Of a stretch of 64,000 nucleotides of DNA, positions 1-12,355 are shown piece after piece (within the stretch, counting starts at the first letter, position 1; each line of letters starts with the position of its first letter). Source of the DNA: Chara braunii (Eukaryota; Plantae; Charophyceae); NCBI GenBank assembly GCA_003427395.1, contig BFEA01000019.1, positions 4,898,671 through 4,962,670 of the forward strand, given 5' to 3'. Under the pieces are notes generated by a model. It had not been told where the DNA came from. It did not search any database and saw nothing but the letters and a program-made list of their open reading frames with translations. The position numbers were made by a program, and so were the translations under genes.

Positions 1-91
1 CAATTATTGGTTGAGTAAAAAAAGGGGCTATGCGCGATATTGCGAGTAGGATCGAGTTTTCGTTAGAAAGTGCATCGGGTGGTTGGAATAG

Positions 92-480
92 TCGTCCTAA
101 TTGACTAGCGTAGGGTCGCGTTCAAGAGATCAGTGCCTCAAATGATGATTCGCGCGTGGATCCGATTCGGGCGTTAACCGAGCGTACCGCCATGTTACAG
201 CGAACGAGAAACGACCTCGTTGGACCACCTTTGGGATTGCATACGAAAAGCCTTCGCATGTGCTCTGGTAGCTCGACGGGGATACGCCCACCCAAGGGAT
301 GGTGACAACTCCCACGAGTGGTGGTAAGCAGTGCCTCACGTTGCCCTATCCTGTCATACGGGTTCGCGAGAGGTACAAGTGACACACTCAGCCAGAGCGA
401 CAAAACGCTCTATGCGACAAGTCCTGCCTGCGTGACGAGGTCGGTAGGGTCCCACCACGGGACCGATATGCTCGACAGCG
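92..480 (-). repeat. GC-rich ~400-bp dispersed repeat (inverted copy of 61310-61680 and 63317-63750)
   Basis: The reverse complement shares long blocks with the two copies near the window end, e.g. cccttgggtgggcgtatcccc...cacatgcgaaggcttttcgtatgcaat. The three ORF translations share PLGGRIPxEL..HMRRLFVCN. Confidence 0.85.
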
Positions 481-726
481 TAGGCAGTCTAGTGCATCCC
501 TTTCAGTGTCCTTACCCGAACTTGGCTTACCCAACCGCTTTGATTGCCCTCATCTTCTCTTCGCGGTAGCAGCTAGCATGTGGCTGGGTGGCATGTTATG
601 TCATAATAGACTTCCAAGCGGGACTCTTGCCCCTCTATACCTGCCACCTGGAAGACAATCTTCAGGGTGCCGATTTGTGAGTGCACAACCACCCAGTCCC
701 CTTTTTTATTTTTTAACTTTTGTTTA

Positions 727-918
727 GGGAAACTACGCGGGAGTCACAAAAATGAGTTATAATTGCAGTTTGGGCCAAGATACAGTTTACAATTGCAGTT
801 CGGGCAATGCATACAACCCGACGTTCTGCCCAGGTAGGGTGCCCGAAGTGCAATTGCAAACTTTATTTTGGTCCATGGTACAATTATAACTCGTTTTTGT
901 AACTCCCGCATAGTTACC
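727..918. mobile_element. Foldback MITE, Mutator-like TIR family
   Basis: The element is one imperfect palindrome: ggaaactacgcgggagtcacaaaaatgagttataattgca versus the reverse complement of the right end, ggtaactatgcgggagttacaaaaacgagttataattgta. The superfamily assignment is an inference. Confidence 0.75.
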
Positions 919-2290
919 TTTTTTTTTTAACGCTCCAATCTACTCGTGGGGAGCAGCACGTGTTGGGAACTGGGCCCAGCGCCCGGTGATGATTTGAGGA
1001 TGATTGGATTTGATTGTGATCAGGAAATAGGGTAACGAAAAACTGACCAGATCATTACTCTACTTCTATCCAACCACTAATTTCGGGTATTCCTATCAAC
1101 CCACCCATGTTGTCATCCCAACCAAGCCTCAACCCAGTCTCATGCCCCCAATCTGGCTAGGTTACAGGGCAGCGCACCGATCGTTGTCGACCTAGTTACC
1201 TACGTCTAGCGTCGGACCCTTTTTTAGTTATTCGACCCATGTCAATGGAATGACCTCTTGGAGCTGGGCCAATTTCTTCCTCTATCCCTCACAAACTTGA
1301 ACTTTTCCTTCAATCCGGATTCTGATTTCTAAGTGCTGCATCGGGAGTGACACAGGTCCCCTACCATGAAACCCCCCTTGGTCCACGCCCCCCACGTTGG
1401 TTAGTGAGGATGCCTCCCCATTGACATTGAGGATGCATGGATGGCCAAAAAGTGATTGTTTTATGATTTTTTGCCATCTTTGGGGGGGAGGGGCACGCTT
1501 GGGGCCCATTTCCCTCCACAGTGACACAATCTGATCATGTTTGGCCAAAGGGGGTCCGTGGTTATATCCCTCTGTGTCAGGTGCTGGGGAGACGAGGGGC
1601 CCTCGGAGGTGGTCGGCCCGGGGATTGTCCAGGCCGGGTTGGTGAACCACTATAGAGGGTGAATATGTCTCGCTAGGGGCGAGGTGCAGGGGAACCGCAA
1701 TATATCATTTCCCATAAGCAGTCGGGTTATGACTTAAAAGCAAAGGGCTTTGAGTTTGTCTTGTGGTTCTAAAATCGCGACCCCCCTTGCGCCCTTGGCT
1801 GGGATATGAGGTCCCATGCAACCCTAGAGAGGAAGGAGAGATCTTCATGGCCGTTTTTCCACACACAAGTCGCCTCTGCTCCTTACAATTGTGAATTGCT
1901 TAGGCTGTACTGGCCAGCATGCAGCCTTATACTAGATGGAAGAGAAGATTGAAGAGTTAAGGACTAATGTCTGCCCTACTATGGATGTGTGTAAGCCATT
2001 TGATGTAGCAAATCTTTTGAGTGCCTCATCCACTAGTGTGATTCCATGGTCCGGCAGGGGCCCAAGGGTGTAAGCCTAACTCCCAACACCTTTATCCCCT
2101 CCTCTCACCCCTTCCAATCGATGGCCGGGTCTGGAGGGGGTGGCCCATCTTGAGGATGGAGCCAGCAACCCTAAGTCTTGGGCGCCCATTTCACCACCAT
2201 ATCTGATGCTATTTAGAAGCACTGTATCACTCCAACCAATGCTTTGAGGGATGACTTATTTGCCTTCATAAGGACTCTTAGGTTGTCTGC
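919..2290 (-). mobile_element. Degenerate L1-like LINE remnant (post-RT region of ORF2) with 3' structured module and poly(A)
   Basis: Minus-strand translation gives SIVGQTLVLNSSIFS, SRVAWDLISQPRAQGG and QSLFGHPCILNVNG, which resemble L1 ORF2 motifs downstream of the RT core. The module is at 932-985 and the A-tail at 919-928. The zinc-finger region between them is not visible. Confidence 0.6.
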
Positions 2291-2976
2291 AAATAAAGAG
2301 TTTTTAAGGGTAAGGTGGCTATGGGAGTTAGGTGACCGTTGACCATTATGTTTGTTGTGGCTAAGGTGATAAGGTAACTATGACAAAAGGAAAGGGGTGG
2401 ATAAGGTGACTATGACAAAAAAAAGTGCGGTTATGGGATCCCCTTGTCTCACCAATCTCTATAGTGAAGCAGGGTTGGATAGGTGACCATTGACAATTAT
2501 GTTTGTTGTGGTTGTCCGATGGAGGGTGTCCACCTATCTTCAGAAGTTAAAACAGAAAACATGTGGCAAAATTTTATCTCGTGCAAGTTGGAACAAGCAT
2601 TTGACGAGGTAGAGGGGTGCAATCGATTGCTTAAATTTTTCGTGGTATGTTTCCAACTATTTGTCAACAGGCGGCCAACATGCGGCCAACACGTTTTTTA
2701 ACATGTTTCCGACACGTCCTGTAGTGGGACTTAGGTGCACGGTCCCTAGGAAGGAAGTTCACTACCACATGCCTCTGATGACAGACGAGGTCTCGAGGGT
2801 GACAGGTGGCCTGTGGTAGTAACACCCCATCTTGACGTTACTATTGTTATTGGACTGTTGCTACTTGACGATAGACAAAGGTGAGGGTGCCAGAAACAGT
2901 GGCACGTGATAACTTGTGCCCAAATGCTTTCGACATTGTGATGCCCTGAGAACACAAGTTTGATGCTGACCGTTAA

Positions 2977-3146
2977 AGCACCAGTACACCACATATCGAC
3001 CCACGGGTGTCAGCATGAAACCCGAACCACTTCGGAGGCTGCCGTTTTTTTTTTTTTTTTAACGGCGGCCTACGCCGCGCGGCGCCGCCGAGTTTTGCTT
3101 GTGGCAACAAAAACTTTCTGCAAGGCTGGGGCCGTGTACTAGCGGC
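2977..3146. mobile_element. TTAA-flanked MITE
   Basis: TTAA|AGCACCAGTAC...GTACTAGCGGC|TTAA. The interior is homologous to 50549-50714. Confidence 0.8.
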
Positions 3147-3190
3147 TTAACCCACCACTATCTTTTACAGGCGAATGCAACATCCATCTA

Positions 3191-3465
3191 CTAGGCTACT
3201 CCTAAAAAGTTGGGGATCGGGGCAGGGTTGGAGGCAGAAGAAAAGAAAATGAAAAAAAGAAGTAAAGGGAAAAAAACAAAAGAGTTTTGAATCCAGGGAC
3301 ATTGGGGAAGGCCCTCACGAAGTGGAAGTTGCACCAGTGCTTTGAGGAATGTATCTGGCCAGTAAGTGAGGAATGACATTGCTGTTGGTTCTTTTTTTTT
3401 CTCTCGTTTTCATGTCAATGTAGTGCCCTGCCAGCCAAGTAGGGCGTATTCCACACGTGGGCACT
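3191..3465 (+). repeat. Dispersed ~280-bp repeat (other copies 13765-14030 plus, 37697-37945 minus)
   Basis: All three copies share the blocks aggccctca, ccagtgctttgaggaatgtatctggcca and gccctgc-agc...agggcg-attccac. Confidence 0.8.
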
Positions 3466-3844
3466 AAGGGCCCCTTTCGACACCACTTGAACTCTAGTAT
3501 TGGAGCGAAAATCTACGTTCCACCCTTCCCTAATGACGACACCGATTCGTTTTCACATTCAGTCTCTCTAGTGCGTGCCCTTGAAACTCGAGTGCGGCCC
3601 CGGCAAAATCGCACTTGAGCTCAAGGTACCCCATGGAGGTACCTTGAGTTCAAGTGTCGGACCCTTGGGGCTGCCCAAAGCAGAGAACCTCGTGCCCTCC
3701 TGAAACAACGTGTCAGGGGTTGCAGACGCTGCTTCTGTTTCAAGTGCAGCGCTTTCAAGTGTTTTGTCTAGCGCACATGGAACCAAGAAAGACTGTAGTG
3801 AAAACTAATCGTGATTTTGCGATTAGGGTGGACTTGAGACTCTA

Positions 3845-5555
3845 AAGATATCTGGGACTGTGACTGCGGCGACTGGAAAACAGCCAACGAACTACGTAAG
3901 GCCTTGAAGTATTGTCACCACATTGGCCACAATGTAGATATAGTCATTGAGGCAGTGCCGTTGTCCTGGTATAGAACATTGAGGAGAGGCCCCTCCCTGC
4001 AGGAAGGAGACTGGATAGCAGTAAGAGGGACCTCTGATCAGGTGGGGAAGATACATATGACCCGGACACAAGACGTCCTTGTGGAAATGTATGCAATTAA
4101 CAGATCAGAAGCAATGCGAGGAGGGCAAGATCCCTTCATCTGGCAAGGCAAAACTGACGTCTTTCGAATTAGGGTCCTTGGAGAGGGTGAGGAAGCCCAC
4201 GTTTTTCAGCCGGACATCAGGATTCAAGACCTCCCCTTTGACCCTCTGGAATGGAAGTGGAAACCCACAGCGAGAAGAGCAAACCCTGCCGCTTCGATCA
4301 GCCTTCAAAAGCTGACTAAGAAATCCACATACAAAATGCTTAAGCCCAAACGCTACCTTAAGGACAGAATAATAGATAGGTGGGCAAAGCACCTCAATGT
4401 GGACGGCTCCCTTTTGACACCAATATCCTGGTTCCAAGGCCGGAAAGAAAAATCTGCAAAGATTACTTCTTTACTGTGGCAGATAGCACATCGATGTCTG
4501 CCAACTATGAACTGGCTGATTGATCATACAAACCTGGAACAAAAAGGCTGAGCCCTTCCCTGGTGCGCACGATGCTTGCGAACCTTCCCACCACGGAGGA
4601 ATGCAGAAACCATTGTACATATCTTTATGCAATACCTGACAGTGCAACTAACGTGGTGATGTTGGGATAGAATTTGGAGAAAAATGATCCCTGACACCCC
4701 GTGGCCTTGGACCTGGAGGGCGATACTTTTAGGATATCGTTCTCAGGCCCAAGAGTTGTCCATATTCATGGAAAATGTGTTTAATTTAGGCCGTAGAGCG
4801 GTGCTCTGGGGGCTTTGGGGGCAACGTTGCCTCCTGGCCACGGAGGGCATGCAGATAGAAGGGCCCGAGGCCACAGAGCAGATCCAACAACAAATCCGGA
4901 TGGAGCTTATGAGAAAGCGGCAAACCTTGAAGTGACACTGGACCTCTTTCAGACTAAACAGGATATTAGGAAGGCAGTCTCCTCCTGTGGGAATACAGAG
5001 GACCAGCAGCGGCAGGAGTTGGTAGAATGCAGGGAATACCGCCTCATCTTCAACGACTGGTCGAACATTGACCTTTCCTTTCCGCTCCGCCCCCCAACAG
5101 ACTTCTCTGATCCTTTCCCGCCACACCCGTATTCCTTGATTGAGACAATTGTCTGAGGGTTTACATGAACGTGTGCGAACATGCATGAGTGTACATGGGT
5201 GTGTACGGGTGTGCCTGAACGTGCCTGAGTGTGACAGAGGTGACTGCATTGTTTGTGTGTGGGTACATTATTCCCTACCTTCCCCCCCTGGCACCATGTA
5301 CCCCTTGTCCTCTCACCACGATAGATGACAAAACACCCCAGGGCTCCGGTGCCCCTCCCAGCTCTGGGGTGCTTTTGTTACAGTCTTCATGCCACAAACA
5401 GTGGCCCTATGCTCAGAAGTAGCCCACTCAGTTAATCCCCGAGGTATGTTGAATGCGACGGCTTCCCACCTGACTGAAACACAGCAGACTGATTACCAGA
5501 GGGGGACCGCCTCCTGGTAGCGGTAGGCTGCAACAAAAAGCAGCAGACTACTACT
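3845..5555 (+). mobile_element. 5'-truncated L1-like LINE, ORF2 C-terminus with zf-RVT (pseudogenised)
   Basis: ORF 3904-4551 ends KITSLLWQIAHRCLPT. It continues with disruptions into WCARC...ETIVHIF (CCHC-type zf-RVT) and then LWGLWGQRC. It ends NDWSNIDLSFPLRPPTDFSDPFPP, which is shared with the 9495-9878 ORF. Confidence 0.8.
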
Positions 5556-6044
5556 TTTTTCTTGACAAAAAGCACTTTTAATTTATTATATATGCTGGAA
5601 ACCGTGTATAGCGTCCCTTACATCAATTACACACACTTGGCCTTGATTACGCCTTTGTCAAAGCGTGTATAGCGTGTATGGCTGAAGGACCATGGGAGAG
5701 CGGCATCGATTACGCCTTTGTCAAAGCGAGGATCTGCCTCTTCTCTGCCCCCTGCCAAGCCCTCCTGGCCCATCCTCACCATACCCCAGGTTGCTCTCTA
5801 TCCCGTGGCTTGGGGCCGGGTGCAGCCTCCCTGTGTTCTTCCCAAACTGGAAACTGGTGCCTGTCTTTTGCTACCTTTCGTTTTCTTTTATTTGTAGACC
5901 GCCATTACCTTCGAGCCTTTTTTTCCCATGGACGATTCGTGCTGCGCGCCAATTTCAGAACGATATAGCTCATTTCTTTTCTTTTCGGCTGGTGCAACCA
6001 GGAACAGAGGTCTGGCCCCCGAAGAATGGGAAAGTTGACAACTT

Positions 6045-6130
6045 TGTCACAAAAAGGCACCCCGCTTTAAACCCCTTTAACCCCTTAAAAACCAAATTAT
6101 ACACCCCCCCCTCCCTCCTTGGCAACCAGC
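6045..6130. repeat. Short dispersed repeat or element end, inverted copy at ~59320-59396
   Basis: aaaggcaccccgctttaaacccctttaaccccttaaaaccaaattatac matches the reverse complement of 59343-59392. Confidence 0.7.
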
Positions 6131-6208
6131 TCTTGAAAAAAGAAAGGAGAACCGACTAGGGTTCCTTTGGCCATGCTCAGGAAAACCTCCACCCAAAATA
6201 ATAAAAAA

Positions 6209-6402
6209 GGGGTAACTACGGCGCAGTCATGTTTTCAATTCTAAATCCACTTCAGGCATACCTCGAATACAACACATCCCCACCCAACCCTAAAGCTGGG
6301 TCGGATACATTCACGATTTTCCTCGCTTTGGAGTAAAAGTTCACAAAACCGTGACTGAAACGCGTTTAGAATTGAAAACCTTGGCTGCACCCTAGTTTTT
6401 CC
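6209..6402. mobile_element. Short Mutator-like MITE
   Basis: The ends gtaactacggcgcagtca and (reverse complement) aaaactagggtgcagcca belong to the same terminal family as 727, 10243/12355 and 14275. Confidence 0.55.
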
Positions 6403-7274
6403 ATAAGTAAATAAGTAAGATGGGCTGCTGTTTGCCTGCACGGGGTTGCCCGTGCAGGTGACCCCTGGGCGGCTTGTGCGGGTTGCACGGCCAGGCGAGC
6501 CTCACGTAGCCTACCACAAAAGTTCGCCTGTGGAAGGTACTGGTGGTTTGAAGGACGAGTACATGTCCAAGCCTCTTTCTGCCATGGTAGATTCACAGTG
6601 CACGCCAAGATTTGCCGAACCACCGGGGTGCCCGCAACCACTGTCTGGTCAGGTCACCAGGTGCCTGCGACCGCTCTGTGGGCAGTTCACCCTGCCAAGG
6701 TGGTGAAGGGTGACGGTCCTGGGTGGTTCACACTAGGGCAGGACAGGGGGGTTGCATGGTCCGGTCTGCTCCTTGTGCGACACGTCAGGGCGGTTTCTCC
6801 GTCATCTGACGTGGCCTCTGAGTTGACCAGTGGCGCGCCACGTGGCGTGCTATTTGCGGATCTCTTTAGAGGGTGAGGTCAGTAAGGAGGGGTGTTACTG
6901 GGTGTGTGTAGAGGTGTGTGACATGGGGAGAAACACACGAAGGGGTGAGAACCGAGTGGAGATTGGCGATGGCGTGTCCGGGGGAACTGGGAGCGGATGC
7001 GTGGCTTACTACCGTTCACGCGAGCACTGCGTGTGTACGCCAGGTGGTGGCGAAGCTGCGATCGGCTGTTGTGGAAAGGATGGTGCCGTCAATCTCGTGG
7101 ATCCAAAATGTGAGGGAGTGCTTAATGGAGGTCACATGGGGGCTGGAGGAGGGGCCGCCCCTCTACCTGGATGCGACAACAAGATGCCCACGTTTGGAGG
7201 ACTTGATGCGGCGCTACTACGAGGAGCTTGAGGAGGGGCAAGCTCTTTGTTCTATGCTGGAGGATCGCGGCTAT

Positions 7275-7555
7275 GACAACGACGATCTCGCCCATATCGC
7301 AGCTAATCACAATATCAACGACAACAATGACAGCAACAATGAGAGTAACAACAACAACGACGATAACAAAGATTCAGGAGAGTGTAACAGCGTCATCGAT
7401 TCCCTCGAAGACGGCGACGACGTTCTTATCGAGGTGTTTAGCAGCAACGGCGACAATAACGAGAACAGCAGCAACGACGACAATAACAACAACAACAACA
7501 TTGACGACAACAACAACAACAACAACAACAGCATCAACAATAGCGCCGACAACTG
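7275..7555 (+). repeat. (AAC)n-rich low-complexity tract within an unassigned 267-codon ORF (6918-7721)
   Basis: Runs of aac/gac give poly-Asn/Asp, poly-Thr or poly-Leu depending on frame. Confidence 0.85.
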
Positions 7556-9171
7556 TGATTTCCGTGAAGTCAACGATGTCATATCAATCCAAATCATTCA
7601 GATCGTCGCTGGGAATGGTCGAGGGGTGCAGCGGGCTCCTCCCGCGAGTAGCGGGAAGCTTTCTGGGAAGGGGACTGTTCTGTGCATCGTCATGAGAATC
7701 CGGCGCTGTCTGTGCGGGTGAGATAGTACTGCGCGATGGGACCCGGGTGGGAGGGTGGTACGGTGTTACAGGGGCCTTGGGGAGGCCCATCATTTACCCT
7801 CCCGTGCTATCTGGAGGGCGAATTGGTATACGTGGAATCCCGCCCACCTGACTGTCAGCCTCCTTCTCTGATTTTCGCTACGACTGTCTTTCTAAATTCT
7901 CTGGCTTCTTATTTTGAACACCCCTCCTGTGATTCTGATCGATGGGTGTGATTTTGATCGATGCTCTAAACGGTTTTTCCCTATTCTGAATGCCTCTCCT
8001 CCTCAAGTACCTGTTAACAGTTGATGAGGGTTTCAGAGTACGGGTTCGATTTAGATTGTGATGGGCAGTTAATCCCCTCAACTGAGGGCAATCAATGCGG
8101 CTCATCAGTCAACGAAGTGTGTCTGCGTGTCGATTTAGTTGGCCACCCAGTTTTATAGTACGATGGACACGTGGCAGGTTATCATGATCCTAGTTTGCTT
8201 ACATGATCCTGGTTTGCTTACAGCCCATTCGATTCCAAATGTCAAGGGACGCTGGACCCAGTTTCCAGCAGGTGTTGCTCCCCACCAATAGATGGAGCCT
8301 TCCCGAGCATGCTNNNNNNNNNNNNNNNNNNNNNNNNNNNNNNNNNNNNNNNNNNNNNNNNNNNNNNNNNNNNNNNNNNNNNNNNNNNNNNNNNNNNNNN
8401 NNNNNNNNNNNNNNNNNNNNNNNNNNNNNNNNNAAAAAGGAGTGCACCAGGGAAATTGACGAGAGGAAGGGTGGGTGGGGACTTCTGAGGGGTTCATGTG
8501 GATAAACAAATGGCCGATTACGGAGGGCGACTGTCATATGTCTAGCATCCAACCTCTACAACAACCTGGACTTTATGGAAAAAAAAGAAAACGGATGTGT
8601 CGAACAACCAGGGGCAGAATTCTTTTCTGTTTTGGCTGGCAGCGGTGTACTTTTTTCTTTTTCTTTTTCGGCTAGTACCTCTAGCCATTGTGGTCCAGTG
8701 GCCCTGAGCCCTGAAATTTTTATTGGCTTGATTTCCATTGTCAAGTTTGACACGGCCCCAGCCTTGCTAAAAAGAAAACTCGTCGACTATAGAAATTTTG
8801 GAGGCCCAGCGTCGTAGATAAATTGAATCGCCCGTGGGCGGCCTCTGAAAAGGGCCCGCGGACGATAGCTGGACGTACTGGTGGTTTAAGCATATGAAAG
8901 ACGCCCTTGATATTGGAAGGGTGATGGTCTCGAGTGCTGGTCGCACTGAGGTAGGATAGTAGGGATAGGGGGGTGCACCTTGACTATTAACGTGGGGTTG
9001 GGTAGGGAAGGTAGGGCTTTGCCTGTCAGGACAACCATCGACTGCCGCTGCCAGGAATCACTGTGTGTGTCTGGACCTTGGCCTCTACAACACCCTAGGC
9101 TTTAAAGAAAAAAAGGGAAAAAAAACAAAAACAAAAACAAGATGAACATCGTATAGAAATCAGGGCACTAG

Positions 9172-10242
9172 GGATCATTGATAGAACGACACTTGAACAA
9201 AGAGGAATAGCCCTTCCCTGGTGCAAATTCTGCAGATCTGCCTTTCCTTCTAAATTAATCCCGGAAACCATAGAACATATATTCCTACAATGCCCAGGGT
9301 CGGTTTGGCTATGGCGGTGGTGGGACAGGATTTGGAATCAGATTGAAACTTCCCTACCGTGGCCATGGAGTTGGAAGGCTCTCCTCCTGGAAACCTGGAC
9401 TCCTTCCTGCGAAGATAGTTTCACAACTAACTTATTCACGATCGGAAGAAGGGCTGTCATATGGGCCATATGGTCTCGCAGGTGTACATTTGAAATGGAA
9501 GATGCCCGGCTCGGTGGGCCTGAGTTCACGGATACCATCAAACAACAAGTCCAACTAGAGATTCATTCTAGATGGGATTCACTGAAGGAAAAACTTAGAT
9601 ACTTAACAACAGAAAAGGATATTAAACAACATATAAAAACCTTCAATCAAAACTGGCTTGGACGGGACCAAGGTGGTAAAATAGGGCAGGTTAAATGGAA
9701 TGGAAGGTGTGATACTGCTCACGATGAGCTCCCAAGAAAGTACTACCTACATTATAATTACTGGAGTAACATTGATCCTTCCATTCCCCTCAGACCTCTT
9801 TCTGAATTTCCTGATCCTTTCCCTCCTTCCAAGCTGGCCTTAGTTCCTGGTTCATGGTTTGGGTTTGGGCTTGAGTGATTAACTATTTCACACTATTATG
9901 ATCATCTGCAGAGTCCAGTTCCATCTAAGACTTTTGATAAGTAATTTTTTGGATGCTAGTACTGCTAGGTGTAATCGCATATTTGGCGCCCGGGTAAGGT
10001 GAAGAGGCACAACTCTAGCATTCCCAGATCTGAAGGGTCTTTGGACTCACTTTTTCAATATCAGACTTGCTGAGTGTTCATTATTGATGATGTAAGGGAC
10101 GCTGGACCCGGTTTCCAGCAGGTGTAGCTCCCCACCAATGGAACGGAGCCATCTACCCATCTAGAGGGGTAGAGGGAGTGTCTGCTCTTATCAGCACGCC
10201 CTCCACTCCCCAATCTAGATGTTAAAAAAAAAAAAAAAAAAA
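9172..10242 (+). mobile_element. 5'-truncated L1-like LINE with intact 3' end (zf-RVT, 3'UTR, structured module, poly(A))
   Basis: Reads LPWCKFC...PETIEHIFLQCP...LWRWWDRIW, with C-terminus NYWSNIDPSIPLRPLSEFPDPFPP. The module is at 10096-10217 and the A-tail at 10224-10242. Confidence 0.85.
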
Positions 10243-11420
10243 GAGAAAACTAGGGCGCTCTCAGGGTTAGAGTTTGAAAATACGTTTCAAACTGCCGTTT
10301 TGGAGTCCAGTCCCCTCTCAAGTTTACACGGCAGTCCAAACTCCTAGGTCGCGTGCCTGTCACAGGGCAGAGTTTCTAACTGCAGTCTAGTCATCCACGT
10401 CGGAGGGCCAGGCCGTTTTCCAAAAAACAAAAAAAGAAACAAGAAGAAAAAAAGAAAAGCTCGTGGCACTGTATCTTTCCATGATCTAGCGGAAGATTCA
10501 CTCTCAGTTTCCACGATCAAAATGTGCAAAACGAGAGTGAATCTTGGCTAGAACATGGAAAGATACAGGGCCATGATTTCATTTTTTTTGTGCAACGGGG
10601 ATACAGGGGCCCAACGAGATACACGGGCCAGGCCGTTTTCCAAAAAGAAAAAGAAGAAACTAGAAGAAAAAAAGAAAAGCTCGTGGCGCTGTATCTTTCC
10701 ATGTTCTAGCAGAAGATTCACTCTCAGTTTCCACGATCTAAATGTGCAAAACGAGAGTGAATCTTGGCTAGCACATGGAAAGTTACAGCGCCACGAGCTT
10801 TTCTTTTTTTTTGGGCAATGGGGATACAGGGCCCAACGAGATACACGGGCCAGGCCGTTTTCCAAAACAAAAAAGAAGAAACAAGAAGAAAAAGCGAAAA
10901 GCTCGTGGCGCTGTATCTTTCCATGCTCTAGCAGAAGATTCACTCTCAGTTTCCACTATAGAAATGTGGAAAACGAGAGTGAATCTTCGCTAGAACATGG
11001 AAAGATACAGCGCCATGATTTTATTTTCTTTTCTGCAACGGGGATACAGGGGCCCAACGAGATACACGGGCTGACAACAACGCAGAGGCCCTAGAGGATA
11101 CACGTGCTGAAAACAACACAGTTTCTTTTCTTTTTCTTTTTCTTTTTTGTTTTTCCTTCTCAGATTTCCCTACCTATGCGTGTTATCCTTGGGGCCTCGT
11201 GGCGTTGCATCTTTCCATGTTCTAGTGGAAGATTCTCTCTCGTTTTGCATTTTTTTCTTTGTTTTTTTGTTTTTAGTATCTGAGCACCATCGAGTGGCTG
11301 GCCACTGCCGCGATGCCTCGGCCACATCCGAGGTAAAAAAAAAAGAAAGAAAAAAAAAAAGAAAGAGAGAGAGCATCTCGTCGCGTGGCTGGGCCACGGC
11401 CGCGATGCCTCGGCCACGTC

Positions 11421-11458
<38 letters not shown>

Positions 11459-11548
11459 GGCAGTTCTATTTGTGACGATATATATATATATATATCATCA
11501 CAAATAGAACTGCTCGGTAAACCGTAGGCAGAGAGAGAGAAGAGGACA

Positions 11549-11587
<39 letters not shown>

Positions 11588-12355
11588 TTTATATGTTTTC
11601 ATTATATTATGGATATCTATTCAGTAATTGAATTAATTAATTAATATAGAATAAATATTGAATTGTAATAAATAAAGTATAATTTAAATAATAGTGTTTG
11701 TTCTATAATATGTCAATATTCTGAAAAAAAAANNNNNNNNNNNNNNNNNNNNNNNNNNNNNNNNNNNNNNNNNNNNNNNNNNNNNNNNNNNNNNNNNNNN
11801 NNNNNNNNNNNNNNNNNNNNNNNNNNNNNNNNNNNNNNNNNNNNNNNNNNNNNNNNNNNNNNNNNNNNNNNNNNNNNNNNNNNNNNNNNNNNNNNNNNNN
11901 NNNNNNNNNNNNNNNNNNNNNNNNNNNNNNNNNNNNNNNNNNNNNNNNNNNNNNNNNNNNNNNNNNNNNNNNNNNNNNNNNNNNNNNNNNNNNNNNNNNN
12001 NNNNNNNNNNNNNNNNNNNNNNNNNNNNNNNNNNNNNNNNNNNNNNNNNNNNNNNNNNNNNNNNNNNNNNNNNNNNNNNNNNACTATCACTCACCCACAC
12101 CAGATGGAAAACTCTACAGACTGTCGGTTCACACCCCATCACAAGCCAGCAAAACATCCACGAAACAAAGAAAGGTTATATATATAAATAAAAAGCCACG
12201 TGCCGGACTGGACTGCAGTTGCAAACTCGGCCTTGCGACTGTTGTGCATGTAGAGAGTTTCGACTGCAGTTGAAACTTGGGACCGGACTGGACTCCAAAA
12301 CGGCAGTTCGAAATGCATTTACAAACTGCTTTCGTGACTGCGCCCTAGTTACCCC
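10243..12355. mobile_element. Non-autonomous Mutator-like element with ~155-bp imperfect TIRs (spans a gap)
   Basis: The left end aactagggcgc...aactgccgttttggagtccagtcc is the reverse complement of ggactggactccaaaacggcagtt...gcgccctagtt at the right. A further orphan right TIR lies at ~14150-14275. Confidence 0.7.
10405..11070. repeat. Three tandem ~221-bp units, each with a ~35-bp-arm internal palindrome
   Basis: gggccaggccgttttcc recurs at ~10405, 10626 and 10847. Each unit contains gtatctttccatgttctagcagaagattcactctc...gagagtgaatcttggctagaacatggaaagatac. Confidence 0.9.

Noticed and set aside
6918-7721. 267-aa Asn-rich protein gene
   Set aside because: Its openness is largely explained by GC-rich and (AAC)n sequence. 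It has a GTG start and no recognisable domain.
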